This document shows, one piece after another, positions 1-12,894 of a stretch of 64,000 bases of DNA; position 1 is the stretch's first letter; the number at the start of each line of letters is the position of its first letter. Origin of the DNA: Oscillospiraceae bacterium. Lineage in GTDB: Bacteria > Bacillota > Clostridia > Oscillospirales > Oscillospiraceae. The position numbers and the translations under genes were made by a program. The stretch covers positions 242 through 64,241 of the forward strand of contig JAFXAQ010000043.1 of the NCBI GenBank assembly GCA_017516925.1. The letters are read 5' to 3'. The notes under the pieces are model-generated. The model did no database searches and was not told where the DNA came from. It saw only the letters and a program-made list of their open reading frames with translations.

Positions 1-77
1 TAATACTAATTATGTTTTGGCGATTTGGGGGTTCTTTGACACTCTGACGCTTCGGCTCAGGGAGCCGAAGCGTTTCG

Positions 78-1013
78 CTATGCTTCATAATCTAAAATTT
101 CTCTGGTAATATATATTGGTCTGTGCTTGCTTTGCTCAAAAGCGCGTCCGGTGTATTCGCCAATGATACCGATGCACATTAGCTGCATTCCGCCGAGAAA
201 CAGTATCAGCACAATAATTGTTGCATAACCCGGGATGTCAATACCGGTAATCAATTTTTGCAGAATAACAACGATCAAATACAGCAATGCTGCGAAGGCT
301 GTCAGCATTCCGGAGAAGGTTGCGATTCGCAGAGGCTTCGTGGAAAAACCGATAATGCCGTCAATTGCGTAATTCATCAGCTTCCAGAAATTCCACTTTG
401 TAGTGCCGGCAGCACGCTCACAGGCAGTGTAAGGGATATAGCAGGTGTTGTATCCAATCCAGGCGAAAATACCCTTTGAGAACCGATGATATTCCCCAAG
501 TGATAATATGCTTTCTGCGACACACTTGCGGAACGTTCTGAAATCACTGGCATCAGCCTGCATGGTGATATCCATCAATTTGTTAGAGAGCTTATAGAAG
601 GATTTTTTCAGAAATTTCAAGATACTTCCTTCGCCGCGTCTGTCCTGGTATGCAGCAACAATGTCATACTCCGGCTTTGTCTCCAGTATTTCAACCATAT
701 CCCGGACAATTTCCGGACGCTGCTGCAAATCTGCATCAATCAGCGCAATATACTCACCGCTTGCCCGCTGCAGACCGGCATAAAGTCCGGCTTCTTTGCC
801 AAAATTCCGGGAAAAGCTAATAACCTTAACCGGACATTTTTGTTCCGCATAAACCGACTTTAATACTGAAAGCGTCCGGTCAGTGCTGCCATCGTCAATA
901 AATATAATTTCGAAATTATAATCGCAGCCGTCAAAGGTGCGAATTGCAGCATCCTGAAATGAACGGATGTTTTCTTCCTCGTTATAGCAGGGGACAACCA
1001 TAGATAGTTTCAT
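78..1013 (-). CDS. GT2 family glycosyltransferase (GtrB/YkoT-like polyprenol-phosphate glycosyltransferase)
   Basis: MKLSMVVPCYNEEE start, IDDGSTD, FSRNFGKEA, DADLQ motifs, two C-terminal TM helices; start trimmed from the ORF-track extension that overlaps the T-box. Confidence 0.9.
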   Translation of the reverse strand: MKLSMVVPCYNEEENIRSFQDAAIRTFDGCDYNFEIIFIDDGSTDRTLSVLKSVYAEQKCPVKVISFSRNFGKEAGLYAGLQRASGEYIALIDADLQQRPEIVRDMVEILETKPEYDIVAAYQDRRGEGSILKFLKKSFYKLSNKLMDITMQADASDFRTFRKCVAESILSLGEYHRFSKGIFAWIGYNTCYIPYTACERAAGTTKWNFWKLMNYAIDGIIGFSTKPLRIATFSGMLTAFAALLYLIVVILQKLITGIDIPGYATIIVLILFLGGMQLMCIGIIGEYTGRAFEQSKHRPIYITREILDYEA

Positions 1014-1142
1014 AGCATTCACTCGCAATCTGTGTTGGTTATTGTTATTATATTCCATAAGGCCAAATCCGTCAATAATTTGCCTGAAATTTGCTGTTTC
1101 TGGTTGACACAATGAAAATATTATGATAAATTTATCAAGATA

Positions 1143-1375
1143 AATGCGGAGATTGGGAGTTTTTACAGTATTTGTCGGCAAAGAGAGTGTACGGTTGGTG
1201 TGAGGTACGCCCGGTAGCTGTAAATTGTCGCCCATGAGCAGGTCCTTTGAAGGAAGTAGCTGGACCCGGGTTTGCCCGTTATAGCGTTCAAGTGCCCGCA
1301 AAGGCGGGAATTCAGGTGGTACCACGGAAATTGTAATTTTCGCCCTGAGCCGGTTGGCTCGGGGTTTATTTTTTT
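1143..1375 (+). promoter_or_regulatory. T-box riboswitch leader of valS
   Basis: T-box consensus AATTCAGGTGGTACCACGG at ~1309-1327, AGAGAG and GGTGTGAG stem I motifs, GTA (Val) candidate specifier, terminator CCCTGAGCC-GGTT-GGCTCGGGG plus T run before valS. Confidence 0.9.
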
Positions 1376-1389
1376 AAGGAGTGTTAGTT

Positions 1390-4029
1390 ATGTCCAGAGA
1401 ATTGCCGAAGGTGTATGAACCCCAGCAAGTGGAAAACAGAATTTATGATATGTGGGAGAGCAACGGCTATTTCCGCCCCAACAAAGGTCGGGATGCAAAG
1501 CCGTTTACCATTGTTATGCCGCCTCCCAATGTTACCGGTCAGCTCCATATGGGTCATGCCATGGACGCAACCCTGCAGGATACCCTGATTCGCTTCAAGA
1601 GAATGCAGGGCTATAATGCTCTGTGGCTTCCCGGTGTGGACCATGCAGGCATTGCTACCCAAATTAAGGTAGAAGAGGAGCTTCGTAAGGAAGGCTTGAC
1701 CCGCTATGATTTGGGCCGTGAGAAGTTTTTGGAGCGTGTTTGGGATTGGAAGTACCAGTATGGCAACCGAATTGTGCAGCAACAGAAGAAGCTTGGCGCC
1801 TCCTGCGATTGGGAGCGTGCTCGCTTTACTATGGATGAGGGCTGCTCCAATGCGGTTCGTGAGGTGTTTGTTTCCCTGTATGAGAAGGGTCTGATTTATA
1901 AGGGAAGCCGGATTATCAACTGGTGTCCTCACTGCGTTACCGCTTTGTCTGACGCAGAGGTGGAATATGTGGACAAGCCCGGTCATCTGTGGCATATTCG
2001 CTATCCCCTGGCAGACGGAAGCGGCGATGTTGTGGTCGCTACAACACGTCCTGAAACAATGCTGGGCGATACCGGTGTTTGTGTTAACCCTAATGATACC
2101 CGCTATACCGCAATTGTTGGCAAGAAAGTCGTTTTGCCTCTTGTCAACAAGGAGATTCCCATTGTTGCCGATGATTATGCGGAAATGGATTTTGGTACCG
2201 GCTGCGTGAAAATGACGCCTGCTCACGACCCCAATGACTTTGAGGTTGGTCTGCGTCACAATCTGGAGGTCATTCGTGTACTGGATGACAACGGTGTTGT
2301 CAACAGCTATGGCGGTAAGTATGAGGGTATGGACCGCTATGATGCCAGAAAGGCAATCGTTGCGGACCTTGAGGAGCAGGGCTACCTTGTTAAGGTGGAT
2401 GACCATGCCCATAATGTGGGTACCTGTTACCGCTGCCATAACGATGTGGAACCGATTATCTCCGCCCAGTGGTTTGTGAAGATGAAGCCTCTGGCTGAAG
2501 AGGCAATTCGTGTGGTAAAAGAAGGCGAAACCAAATTTGTGCCTGACCGTTTCAGCAAGACCTATCTGAACTGGATGGAAAATGTCCGTGACTGGTGTAT
2601 TTCCCGTCAGCTCTGGTGGGGCCATCAGATTCCGGCATGGACCTGCGCTGAATGCGGTCACATCACCGTTTCCCGTGAGGATGCCTGCAAATGTGAAAAG
2701 TGCGGCAGCGCCAATATTGAGCGTGATCCGGATGTGCTGGATACCTGGTTCTCTTCTGCGCTGTGGCCCTTTGAAACTCTCGGCTGGCCTGAAAAGACCG
2801 AGGACCTGGACTATTTTTACCCCACAGATGTGCTTGTAACCGGTTATGATATTATCTTCTTCTGGGTTGCCAGAATGATTTTCTCCGGCTGTGAGCATAC
2901 CGGTAAGACGCCTTTCCACACAGTTTTGATTCACGGTCTTGTCCGTGATGATAAGGGTCGGAAGATGTCCAAGTCCTTGGGCAATGGCATTGACCCTCTG
3001 GAGATGATTGAGAAGTACGGCTGTGACGCACTGCGTATGAATATGGTGACCGGTAACTCTCCCGGAAACGATATGCGTTTCTATGTGGAACGTTGCGAGG
3101 CAATGCGTAATTTCGCCAATAAGCTTTGGAATGCCAGCCGTTATGTGCTGATGAATTTGGGCGAGGATGCGAAGAACCGGCTGCCTGCTGCAGAAGAATT
3201 GACCATCGCTGATAAGTGGGTGCTTTCCAAGCTGAACACCCTGATTGCTGAGGTTACGGAGAATCTGGAGAAATATGAACTGGGCGTTGCTGTGCAAAAG
3301 GTTTACGATTTCCTCTGGGATACCTATTGTGACTGGTACATTGAGCTGACCAAGGCTCGTTTGTACAGTGAAGATGCGGCGCAGAAGCAAAGCGCACTGC
3401 AGGTGCTTGTGTATGTGCTTGACCAGACACTGAGACTGCTGCATCCGTTTATGCCGTTCATTACCGAGGAAATCTGGCAAACACTGCCTCACGAGGGTGA
3501 CGCTTTGATTGTAGCTTCCTGGCCTGAATTTAAGCAAGAATTGCAGTTTAAGACTGAGGAGGACCAGATGGAGGGTGTTATGAATGCCATCCGTGCCATT
3601 CGTAACCGCCGTGCGGAGATGAATGTGCCGCCCTCCAAGAAGGCTTCTCTGTTTGTCCAGACTGCAAAGCCCCGGATTTTTGCAGAAGGTGAGGGCTTTA
3701 TTCAGCGGCTTGCCTACGCAGACCAGGTGACCATTCTGGATAAGGAGCCGGAGAATATCGACGGTATGGTATGCTGCACCACGGCTGATGCAAAGCTTTA
3801 TATTCCTTTGGGAGAGCTTGTGGATGTTGCCAAGGAGCTGGAGCGTATCGGTAAGGAACTGGAAAAAGCAAAAGCAAATCTGGAAAGCCTTGAAAAGAAG
3901 CTGGGTAACGAAAACTTCACCGCCCGGGCGCCGGAGGCTGTTGTGCAGGACATCCGGGACAAGGCTGCGAAAGCAAAAGAGCTCATTGTGCAGCTTGAAC
4001 AGAGCGAAAAAGCAATGAAAAAGCTGTAA
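1390..4029 (+). CDS. valS: valyl-tRNA synthetase
   Basis: [13 protein letters not shown] (HIGH), [17 protein letters not shown] motifs, C-terminal coiled coil. Confidence 0.98.
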   Translation: MSRELPKVYEPQQVENRIYDMWESNGYFRPNKGRDAKPFTIVMPPPNVTGQLHMGHAMDATLQDTLIRFKRMQGYNALWLPGVDHAGIATQIKVEEELRKEGLTRYDLGREKFLERVWDWKYQYGNRIVQQQKKLGASCDWERARFTMDEGCSNAVREVFVSLYEKGLIYKGSRIINWCPHCVTALSDAEVEYVDKPGHLWHIRYPLADGSGDVVVATTRPETMLGDTGVCVNPNDTRYTAIVGKKVVLPLVNKEIPIVADDYAEMDFGTGCVKMTPAHDPNDFEVGLRHNLEVIRVLDDNGVVNSYGGKYEGMDRYDARKAIVADLEEQGYLVKVDDHAHNVGTCYRCHNDVEPIISAQWFVKMKPLAEEAIRVVKEGETKFVPDRFSKTYLNWMENVRDWCISRQLWWGHQIPAWTCAECGHITVSREDACKCEKCGSANIERDPDVLDTWFSSALWPFETLGWPEKTEDLDYFYPTDVLVTGYDIIFFWVARMIFSGCEHTGKTPFHTVLIHGLVRDDKGRKMSKSLGNGIDPLEMIEKYGCDALRMNMVTGNSPGNDMRFYVERCEAMRNFANKLWNASRYVLMNLGEDAKNRLPAAEELTIADKWVLSKLNTLIAEVTENLEKYELGVAVQKVYDFLWDTYCDWYIELTKARLYSEDAAQKQSALQVLVYVLDQTLRLLHPFMPFITEEIWQTLPHEGDALIVASWPEFKQELQFKTEEDQMEGVMNAIRAIRNRRAEMNVPPSKKASLFVQTAKPRIFAEGEGFIQRLAYADQVTILDKEPENIDGMVCCTTADAKLYIPLGELVDVAKELERIGKELEKAKANLESLEKKLGNENFTARAPEAVVQDIRDKAAKAKELIVQLEQSEKAMKKL

Positions 4030-4041
4030 AACTGATAATTT

Positions 4042-4080
4042 TGACGTGCAAACTTTTTGTTTGCACGTCATTTTTTATTT
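4042..4080 (+). terminator. intrinsic terminator after valS
   Basis: TGACGTGCAAAC-loop-GTTTGCACGTCA followed by T run. Confidence 0.8.
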
Positions 4081-4142
4081 CGACTGTAAATGCTTATTTC
4101 AGCACGTATACTAAATTTGTATTTACGAAAGGAGATATGAAG

Positions 4143-4460
4143 ATGCGTCTTACAAGCTATCTGCAAGACAGCCGGTTGACGATTGAACTAACCGGCGAAA
4201 TTGACCATCATTGCGCAAAAAGCTATATCCAAACCATAGCCTCCAAAATTGAGGCATACACACCCCAGACCTGCATTTTGGATTTTGAACAGGTTACCTT
4301 TATGGACTCTTCCGGAATTGCAGTTGCCATCAACGCCTTGCGGAATATGGGGCGGATTGGCGGAAGTCTGCTGATTACCGGAATTTGCGGTCAACCCTTG
4401 AAGGTGTTCAAGGCATCCGGGATTGAGAAAATTGTGGAAATCAAGGAGTGTGTATTATGA
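4143..4460 (+). CDS. spoIIAA: anti-sigma F factor antagonist (STAS domain)
   Basis: GEIDHH and FMDSSGI motifs; first gene of spoIIA operon; GGAG RBS. Confidence 0.92.
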   Translation: MRLTSYLQDSRLTIELTGEIDHHCAKSYIQTIASKIEAYTPQTCILDFEQVTFMDSSGIAVAINALRNMGRIGGSLLITGICGQPLKVFKASGIEKIVEIKECVL

Positions 4461-4888
4461 AATTTGAGAACTATATGACCCTGGAAATCCCCAGCAGGTC
4501 GTCAAACGAAGCTTTTGCCCGGTCTGCGGTTGCTTGTTTTGCTTCACAACTGGACCCCACGATGGAGGAGCTGGGGGATATCCGAACCGCTGTTTCTGAA
4601 GCAGTTACAAATTGCATTGTTCACGCATATCCGGACGGCTTGGGCATCATCACAATCCGGTGTCGCATTTTAAAGGATAATACTCTGGATGTTGTGATTA
4701 AGGACAAGGGTGTTGGCATAAAGGATATCCAGCAGGCAATGCAGCCAATGTTTACCACAGGCGGTTTTGACAGAAGCGGTATGGGCTTTACCATAATGGA
4801 AAGCTTTATGACAACGTTTTCTGTTACCTCGCAGCCGGGGAAAGGGACTTGTGTACATATGCGCAGAAAGCTGCAGCGACGCAAATGA
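4457..4888 (+). CDS. spoIIAB: anti-sigma F factor / serine kinase
   Basis: NEAFAR, AVSEAVTNCIVHAY, RSGMGFTIMESF motifs. Confidence 0.96.
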   Translation: MKFENYMTLEIPSRSSNEAFARSAVACFASQLDPTMEELGDIRTAVSEAVTNCIVHAYPDGLGIITIRCRILKDNTLDVVIKDKGVGIKDIQQAMQPMFTTGGFDRSGMGFTIMESFMTTFSVTSQPGKGTCVHMRRKLQRRK

Positions 4889-5589
4889 GCACAACAGAAG
4901 AACTGATTGCCTTATCCAAGGCAGGGGACAAGCAAGCGGGGGAACGGTTAGTAAAGGAAAATTCCGGCTTAATCTGGGCGGTCGCACGTCGGTTCTTGGG
5001 TCGTGGTACGGAGGCGGATGATTTATACCAGTTGGGCTGCCTTGGCTTCCTGAAAGCAATTGAGGGCTTTGATCCCGAATACGGAACCCAGTTTTCTACT
5101 TATGCTGTGCCGAAAATCTCCGGGGAGATACGTCGATTCTTGCGGGATGACGGCGCAGTTAAGGTTTCCCGGGGAATTAAGGAACGGGCGGCAACCATTA
5201 AAACTGTCAGAAACCAATTGCTCCAGGAGCTGGGACGTGAGCCGACGCTTCAGGAAATTGCTGAAAGAACGGACATTTCGCCGGAGGACATTGCCATTGC
5301 TGAGACAGCAACAGCAAGTGTGGAATCCATTCATCAGGAAACCGGAGATGACGGTTTTACGCTGGAAAATATTCTGACAGATACAGAAACCGAAGAAGCC
5401 ATACTTGAAAAAATTTCTCTTCGACAAGCGGTTGAAAAATTACCGGAACGGGAAAAAACAGTTATTAAATTACGCTATTACCACGGCTTAACCCAGGAAA
5501 GAGTCTCAAAGGTAATAAACGTCAGCCAGGTACAAGTGTCCAGAATCGAGAAGAGAGCACTCCTGCGAGTGAAGGAATACATACAATGA
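4885..5589 (+). CDS. sigF: sporulation sigma factor F
   Basis: DDLYQLGCLG, FSTYAVPKI, SQVQVSRIEK; third gene of spoIIA operon. Confidence 0.9.
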   Translation: MSTTEELIALSKAGDKQAGERLVKENSGLIWAVARRFLGRGTEADDLYQLGCLGFLKAIEGFDPEYGTQFSTYAVPKISGEIRRFLRDDGAVKVSRGIKERAATIKTVRNQLLQELGREPTLQEIAERTDISPEDIAIAETATASVESIHQETGDDGFTLENILTDTETEEAILEKISLRQAVEKLPEREKTVIKLRYYHGLTQERVSKVINVSQVQVSRIEKRALLRVKEYIQ

Positions 5590-5592
5590 TTT

Positions 5593-7446
5593 GTGTGTAA
5601 AAATGCCGTCCGTGCCTTCGTGGCACAAAGCCTGTCTGAAGGCTTTGGAGAAGGTATGACGACTGTTTCCAATTTGGTGGCGGATACTCTGATTATGGCA
5701 GACAAGTCTGAGCTGAACCGCACAATCGAGGCTTACAGGGAACAGTACCCGGATTGGTCAGAAGAAAAGCTCCGCAGTGAAGCCTGGAAGGATTTGGCAA
5801 TCCAGACCGGATGGGATGTTGTTGGCGGCACAGTACAAGGCATTTGCGGATTTCCTGGTAAAGAAATTCGGAGAGAGCAGGGCGCGAATATTGAGGCTAT
5901 GGTCGCTCAGCAGCTGGATGCTGCAGACGAGTTTGACAAAACAGTTCCGGAAAACCAAAGAATCCATATGACGGAGGCTATGGCATTTGAAGAAGTGGTG
6001 GCGGACGCCTGTCAGCGAATGCTTCTGGATACAGATGCCGGCAAGCGGCTGGCAGAATTTGGCGCCCAGAGCGAACAGAACCGCAGCTTCCTGAAGCGGT
6101 TTACAAAGTGGCTCCGGGAGCTGCTGGAGAACCTGCGGAATGCTTTTAAGGATGTTACTCCGGATTCCCTTGCCGCAAAAGAGTTTGCAAGGTTTGAAGA
6201 AAATGTAAAGCAGACCCTTGCGGATATGTTCGTGAAGATGAACATCGACGCCGGCGAAAAGCTCAGCACCATCAAAGAAGCAGGCCTGACAGAAAAAATC
6301 ACCACCGAAAACGGCAGCGTGAAATATAGCCTTAGCAAAAACGCCAAGAGTGAACTGCATAAAGCTTTATATGATACAAAATATAGAAATGATGTATTGC
6401 TCCGGGATGAAACACCGGCCATTATGCTTGCGCAAAAAGGCGTGAGAAACCTTCCAATGGCAATGAAGGCGTCTCACATTCGTGAAAATGTGTTCACGGA
6501 GCAAGAGGCAAAGAAACTTGGATTAAGGGTTGATACGCATACCCACTATCATGGAATTGGCGAAACACGTTTTTTGCAAATTATAGATGGGCTGGACAAT
6601 GTTAAAGAGGCTTATCGTGGTACGAGAAACGCGGACGATAGTATGAGGCGTGAAAACTACTTTTTGCTTGTATCGGAATTTACTGATGATAATGGTAATG
6701 TTGTAAATGTCCCAGTTTTTATTGATGAACATGGACAGTGCAACCGGGTGTTTATTGATACTAATAAAATATCAACAGTATTTGGCAGAGAAAATTTTCG
6801 CGAGTATATTGCTAGACAGGTGAAAAAAGGAAATCTAGTGAGAGTAAAAAACAAAAGCAATCTAGCCAGTGAACGCTCCGCACTAATCGCGGAGGGTTAT
6901 GGAAAGATTGCTTCTAAGGACAGTATACGCAACTCTGAGCAAAATGTCAACAAAAACTTGAAAGAGCCTGTTGGCAGTCCCAAAAAAATCCCTGTAAAGG
7001 AATATGCCGCAGACCGAGAAATGCTGGTAGATATGTTTGAGCAGATGGTTACAAACTCTACTGAGTACAAGGTTTTGCAGGACTATAAGAGCCATTTTTA
7101 TGAGCTGTCTGCTCTTGAAGAAACCGTGGAAAAACTGACTGCGGAAATTGATAAGTATTCTAATTCGGAGGGGATAAAATATCCAGCAAAGCTCAAACAG
7201 CTGAAGCTGGAGAGGCAACAGGCAATCAACCGGCTGAACTACTACGACGGCAAGCTACTGGGCTTGGAGAAGTCCGGTGTTCTGAAGGCAATGATTGAAC
7301 GCAGTCTGCTCAGTACCAAGGCATACTACAAGCAGCGGAACGAACGCCGGGAGGCGGATATTCGCCAGTACTACCGGGAAAGCCGCCGGAAGATTTTTTT
7401 CTTTACCTTTTGGAGAAAATGCGGTAAAATAACAGAAAGTATTTAG
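5593..7446 (+). CDS. hypothetical protein resembling a fragment of a phage/MGE large polyvalent protein (candidate MuF-C-like domain)
   Basis: 617-codon ORF, no clear RBS; EEVVAD helix, KYSL linker, SHI...HYHG segment and DSIRNSEQNVN linker are typical of polyvalent proteins; start uncertain. Confidence 0.55.
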   Translation: MCKNAVRAFVAQSLSEGFGEGMTTVSNLVADTLIMADKSELNRTIEAYREQYPDWSEEKLRSEAWKDLAIQTGWDVVGGTVQGICGFPGKEIRREQGANIEAMVAQQLDAADEFDKTVPENQRIHMTEAMAFEEVVADACQRMLLDTDAGKRLAEFGAQSEQNRSFLKRFTKWLRELLENLRNAFKDVTPDSLAAKEFARFEENVKQTLADMFVKMNIDAGEKLSTIKEAGLTEKITTENGSVKYSLSKNAKSELHKALYDTKYRNDVLLRDETPAIMLAQKGVRNLPMAMKASHIRENVFTEQEAKKLGLRVDTHTHYHGIGETRFLQIIDGLDNVKEAYRGTRNADDSMRRENYFLLVSEFTDDNGNVVNVPVFIDEHGQCNRVFIDTNKISTVFGRENFREYIARQVKKGNLVRVKNKSNLASERSALIAEGYGKIASKDSIRNSEQNVNKNLKEPVGSPKKIPVKEYAADREMLVDMFEQMVTNSTEYKVLQDYKSHFYELSALEETVEKLTAEIDKYSNSEGIKYPAKLKQLKLERQQAINRLNYYDGKLLGLEKSGVLKAMIERSLLSTKAYYKQRNERREADIRQYYRESRRKIFFFTFWRKCGKITESI

Positions 7447-7462
7447 ATAGACAGGTGTACTT

Positions 7463-9838
7463 ATGAATGATATGATGATTTCCCGTTTTATTTCTGCAAG
7501 AGGGCAATATATTGCAAGCCAATTTTCTTCACTGAATCCAATGCAGCAAAAGGCTGTTTTAACGACTGAGGGTCCATTGCTGCTTTTGGCGGGTGCCGGT
7601 AGTGGCAAAACCACTGTACTGATTAACCGTGTGGCAAACTTGCTGAAATACGGTCGAGGCAGCGATTCCAACGAGGTCCCGGATACTGTTACGGAAGATG
7701 ATGTTCTCTTTTTGGAAAACCTCTCTGAACCACTGCCGGATTTTGACCGCAGCCGGGCAGATTACCTCTGTGCATTGGAGCCACCGGCTCCCTGGAATGT
7801 GGTTGCCATTACCTTTACCAACAAAGCGGCAAATGAACTGAAAGAGCGTCTTGTGAATATGCTTGGACCGGGGGGGCAGGATGTCTGGGCAATGACATTT
7901 CACTCTGCTTGCTGCCGCATCTTGCGCAAGGATATTGAGCGCCTTGGTTATTCCCGCAGCTTTACCATATACGATTCCTCTGATTCTGAACGGCTGATGA
8001 AGGACATTATCAAGGAAATGGGCTTGGATGACAAAACATTTCCCGCCAAATATGTGCTGAGCATTATCAGCAGACAGAAGGACAATATGTGTTCACCGCA
8101 GGATATGGAAGACACAATGGAAGACGGTAATGATTATCGTTTGCGCCACGTTGTGAAGGCTTATAAGCTTTATCAAAAGCGGCTGAAAGAAAATAATGCC
8201 CTGGATTTTGATGACATTATCTTCAAAACTGTGGAGCTTTTGCAGCAAAATGAGGACATCCGCACCTATTATCAGAGAAAATTCCGCTACGTATTGGTAG
8301 ACGAGTATCAGGATACCAACCATATGCAGTATTTGCTTACGTCACTGCTGGCTGGTGGTTATGAAAACATCTGCGTTGTGGGTGACGATGACCAGAGTAT
8401 TTACCGGTTCCGTGGTGCAACCATTGAAAATATCCTGAGCTTTGAAAATCAATATCGAGGCTCGAAAATAATTCGCCTGGAGCAGAATTATCGCTCCACC
8501 CAAGCTATTTTAAATGCAGCAAATTCCGTGATTGCCCATAATTTGGGACGGAAGGGCAAGCGCCTTTGGACCTCCAACGATGCCGGCGAACCAATCACTG
8601 TTTATGAAGCTGCAGACGAAACCCAGGAAGCGAATTTTGTTTCCGGACAGATTTTGTCTTCCTCCAAGGGTAAGAATTTCAAGGATTATGCAATTTTGTA
8701 CCGTACTAACGCACAATCCAACGCATTGGAATTTTCTTTGAAGCGTAACGGAATTCCTTACCGTGTTTTTGGCGGCATGCGTTTCTTTGACCGGGCTGAG
8801 GTTAAGGATATGCTGTCTTATTTGTGTGTCATCAATAACCGCAATGACGATTTGCGTTTGCACCGCATCATCAATAATCCTCCCAGAGGTCTCGGCGCAA
8901 AGGCCATTGAGACTGCGGACAGGTTGGCAAATGCAGAGGGAATGGGGCTGTATCACGTGATTTCTGACCCATATTCTTATGCGCCCTTGGAAAAGTCCGC
9001 AAAGAAATTCCGTGCTTTTACGGATATGCTGGACGAATTTGACCGTATGCTGGACAGTGGCATGGGGTTGCCGGAATTTTATGACGCAGTTATGGATAGA
9101 ACCGGATATGCTATGATGCTGGAGTTGAAGCCCACAGAAGAAAATAAGACAAGACTTGAAAATATCAAGGAATTGAAATCCAGCATTATTTCCTATGTGC
9201 AAAATGCAGAAACACCCACCCTGGCTGGATTTTTAGAAGAAATTGCTCTTTATACGGATTTGGAGCAATATAACGCAGGGGATGATGCAGTTGTTATGAT
9301 GACGATGCACGCAGCTAAAGGTCTGGAGTTCCCGCAAGTATTTCTTGTGGGCTTTGAAGAAGGCCTGTTTCCCGGTATGCGGGCAATTGGTGAAGCAGAA
9401 GAGATGGAGGAAGAACGGCGGCTTTGTTATGTGGCGATTACCCGTGCAAAGAAAAAACTGACCATCTCCTATGCCAAGCAGCGTATGCTTTACGGTCGCA
9501 CCAACGCATCATTGCCTTCCAGATTTTTATCTGAAATTCCGTCTGATATCGTGGAGAAAAAAGGCGATGTGTTCACACCACGGGCAAGCTACAATGCTTA
9601 TCAAAGTCCAAGACCTACAACCTCCTACTATAAATCTGAGGTTATCAAGGCTGCGCCTACAGCAAGCTTTCTTGAATTAAGCAAGGGAGATATGGTTCTT
9701 CACAGTGCCTTTGGAAAAGGAATGGTGCTCTCGGTTATGAAAATGGGCGGCGATGCCCTTTGGGAGATTGCCTTTGACCGGATTGGTACAAAAAAACTGA
9801 TGGCAAAAACAGCGTCGGTGCAAATCAAAAAGCTGTAA
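7463..9838 (+). CDS. pcrA: ATP-dependent DNA helicase PcrA/UvrD
   Basis: AGAGSGKT, FTNKAA, VDEYQDTN, VGDDDQSIY, HAAKGLEF, EERRLCYVAITRA. Confidence 0.97.
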   Translation: MNDMMISRFISARGQYIASQFSSLNPMQQKAVLTTEGPLLLLAGAGSGKTTVLINRVANLLKYGRGSDSNEVPDTVTEDDVLFLENLSEPLPDFDRSRADYLCALEPPAPWNVVAITFTNKAANELKERLVNMLGPGGQDVWAMTFHSACCRILRKDIERLGYSRSFTIYDSSDSERLMKDIIKEMGLDDKTFPAKYVLSIISRQKDNMCSPQDMEDTMEDGNDYRLRHVVKAYKLYQKRLKENNALDFDDIIFKTVELLQQNEDIRTYYQRKFRYVLVDEYQDTNHMQYLLTSLLAGGYENICVVGDDDQSIYRFRGATIENILSFENQYRGSKIIRLEQNYRSTQAILNAANSVIAHNLGRKGKRLWTSNDAGEPITVYEAADETQEANFVSGQILSSSKGKNFKDYAILYRTNAQSNALEFSLKRNGIPYRVFGGMRFFDRAEVKDMLSYLCVINNRNDDLRLHRIINNPPRGLGAKAIETADRLANAEGMGLYHVISDPYSYAPLEKSAKKFRAFTDMLDEFDRMLDSGMGLPEFYDAVMDRTGYAMMLELKPTEENKTRLENIKELKSSIISYVQNAETPTLAGFLEEIALYTDLEQYNAGDDAVVMMTMHAAKGLEFPQVFLVGFEEGLFPGMRAIGEAEEMEEERRLCYVAITRAKKKLTISYAKQRMLYGRTNASLPSRFLSEIPSDIVEKKGDVFTPRASYNAYQSPRPTTSYYKSEVIKAAPTASFLELSKGDMVLHSAFGKGMVLSVMKMGGDALWEIAFDRIGTKKLMAKTASVQIKKL

Positions 9839-9881
9839 ATTTCTTTCTTAAAACGCATACATATATCCTGGGAGGGATTGT

Positions 9882-12480
<2,599 letters not shown>

Positions 12481-12536
12481 AAGCAGGGCTGTAAAAAGCG
12501 TATCATTTTTCGCATGAATTCATAACATAAGGTTTC

Positions 12537-12605
12537 GGCGGGAGTAAACCTCGTCCTACGATACCAATTACGGTAGATGTTGTAGGGCGAGGGCTTGCTC
12601 CCGCC
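12537..12605. repeat. inverted doublet of GTAG-type REP-like sequences
   Basis: GTAGGACGAGGTTTACTCCCGCC (minus strand, 12559-12537) and GTAGGGCGAGGGCTTGCTCCCGCC (12582-12605) around a 22-nt spacer. Confidence 0.6.
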
Positions 12606-12651
12606 TGTTGTTTCAAATATTTATTCTGGTGTTTTATGGCACCTTTGGCTC

Positions 12652-12861
12652 TTATAAGGAAAAGTCTTCGTTATCGTATTTTTGGAAATCTGCAGCTTTG
12701 GCTTTGGGTGGGACGCGTTTACAAGGGTCGTATGTAAATTTTCTGCAGGTTCGATTGATGCATACAACTCCCCGTTTGACACAGAGGACTTCTTCGTCAT
12801 TTAGCAAAGTACTATGCTGGCAATATGTACAGCAGCGGGGCATTTTCTTTCGAAACAGCAT
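12652..12861 (-). CDS. small Cys-rich hypothetical protein
   Basis: GAGGTG RBS; CxxC...C...C pattern and YDPCKRVP; lies downstream of ylbJ. Confidence 0.7.
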   Translation of the reverse strand: MLFRKKMPRCCTYCQHSTLLNDEEVLCVKRGVVCINRTCRKFTYDPCKRVPPKAKAADFQKYDNEDFSL

Positions 12862-12894
12862 AAGGCGACACCTCATTCTTGCAAGTTATTGTCA

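Noticed and set aside
1014-1325. 103-aa N-terminal extension of the glycosyltransferase in the ORF track
   Set aside because: It overlaps the valS promoter and T-box; GT2 homology starts at MKLSMVVPCYNE.
1384-4071. 895-aa ORF antisense to valS (also long antisense ORFs over tig, clpX, lon, pcrA)
   Set aside because: Mirror-frame shadows of codon-biased genes; no motifs or RBS.
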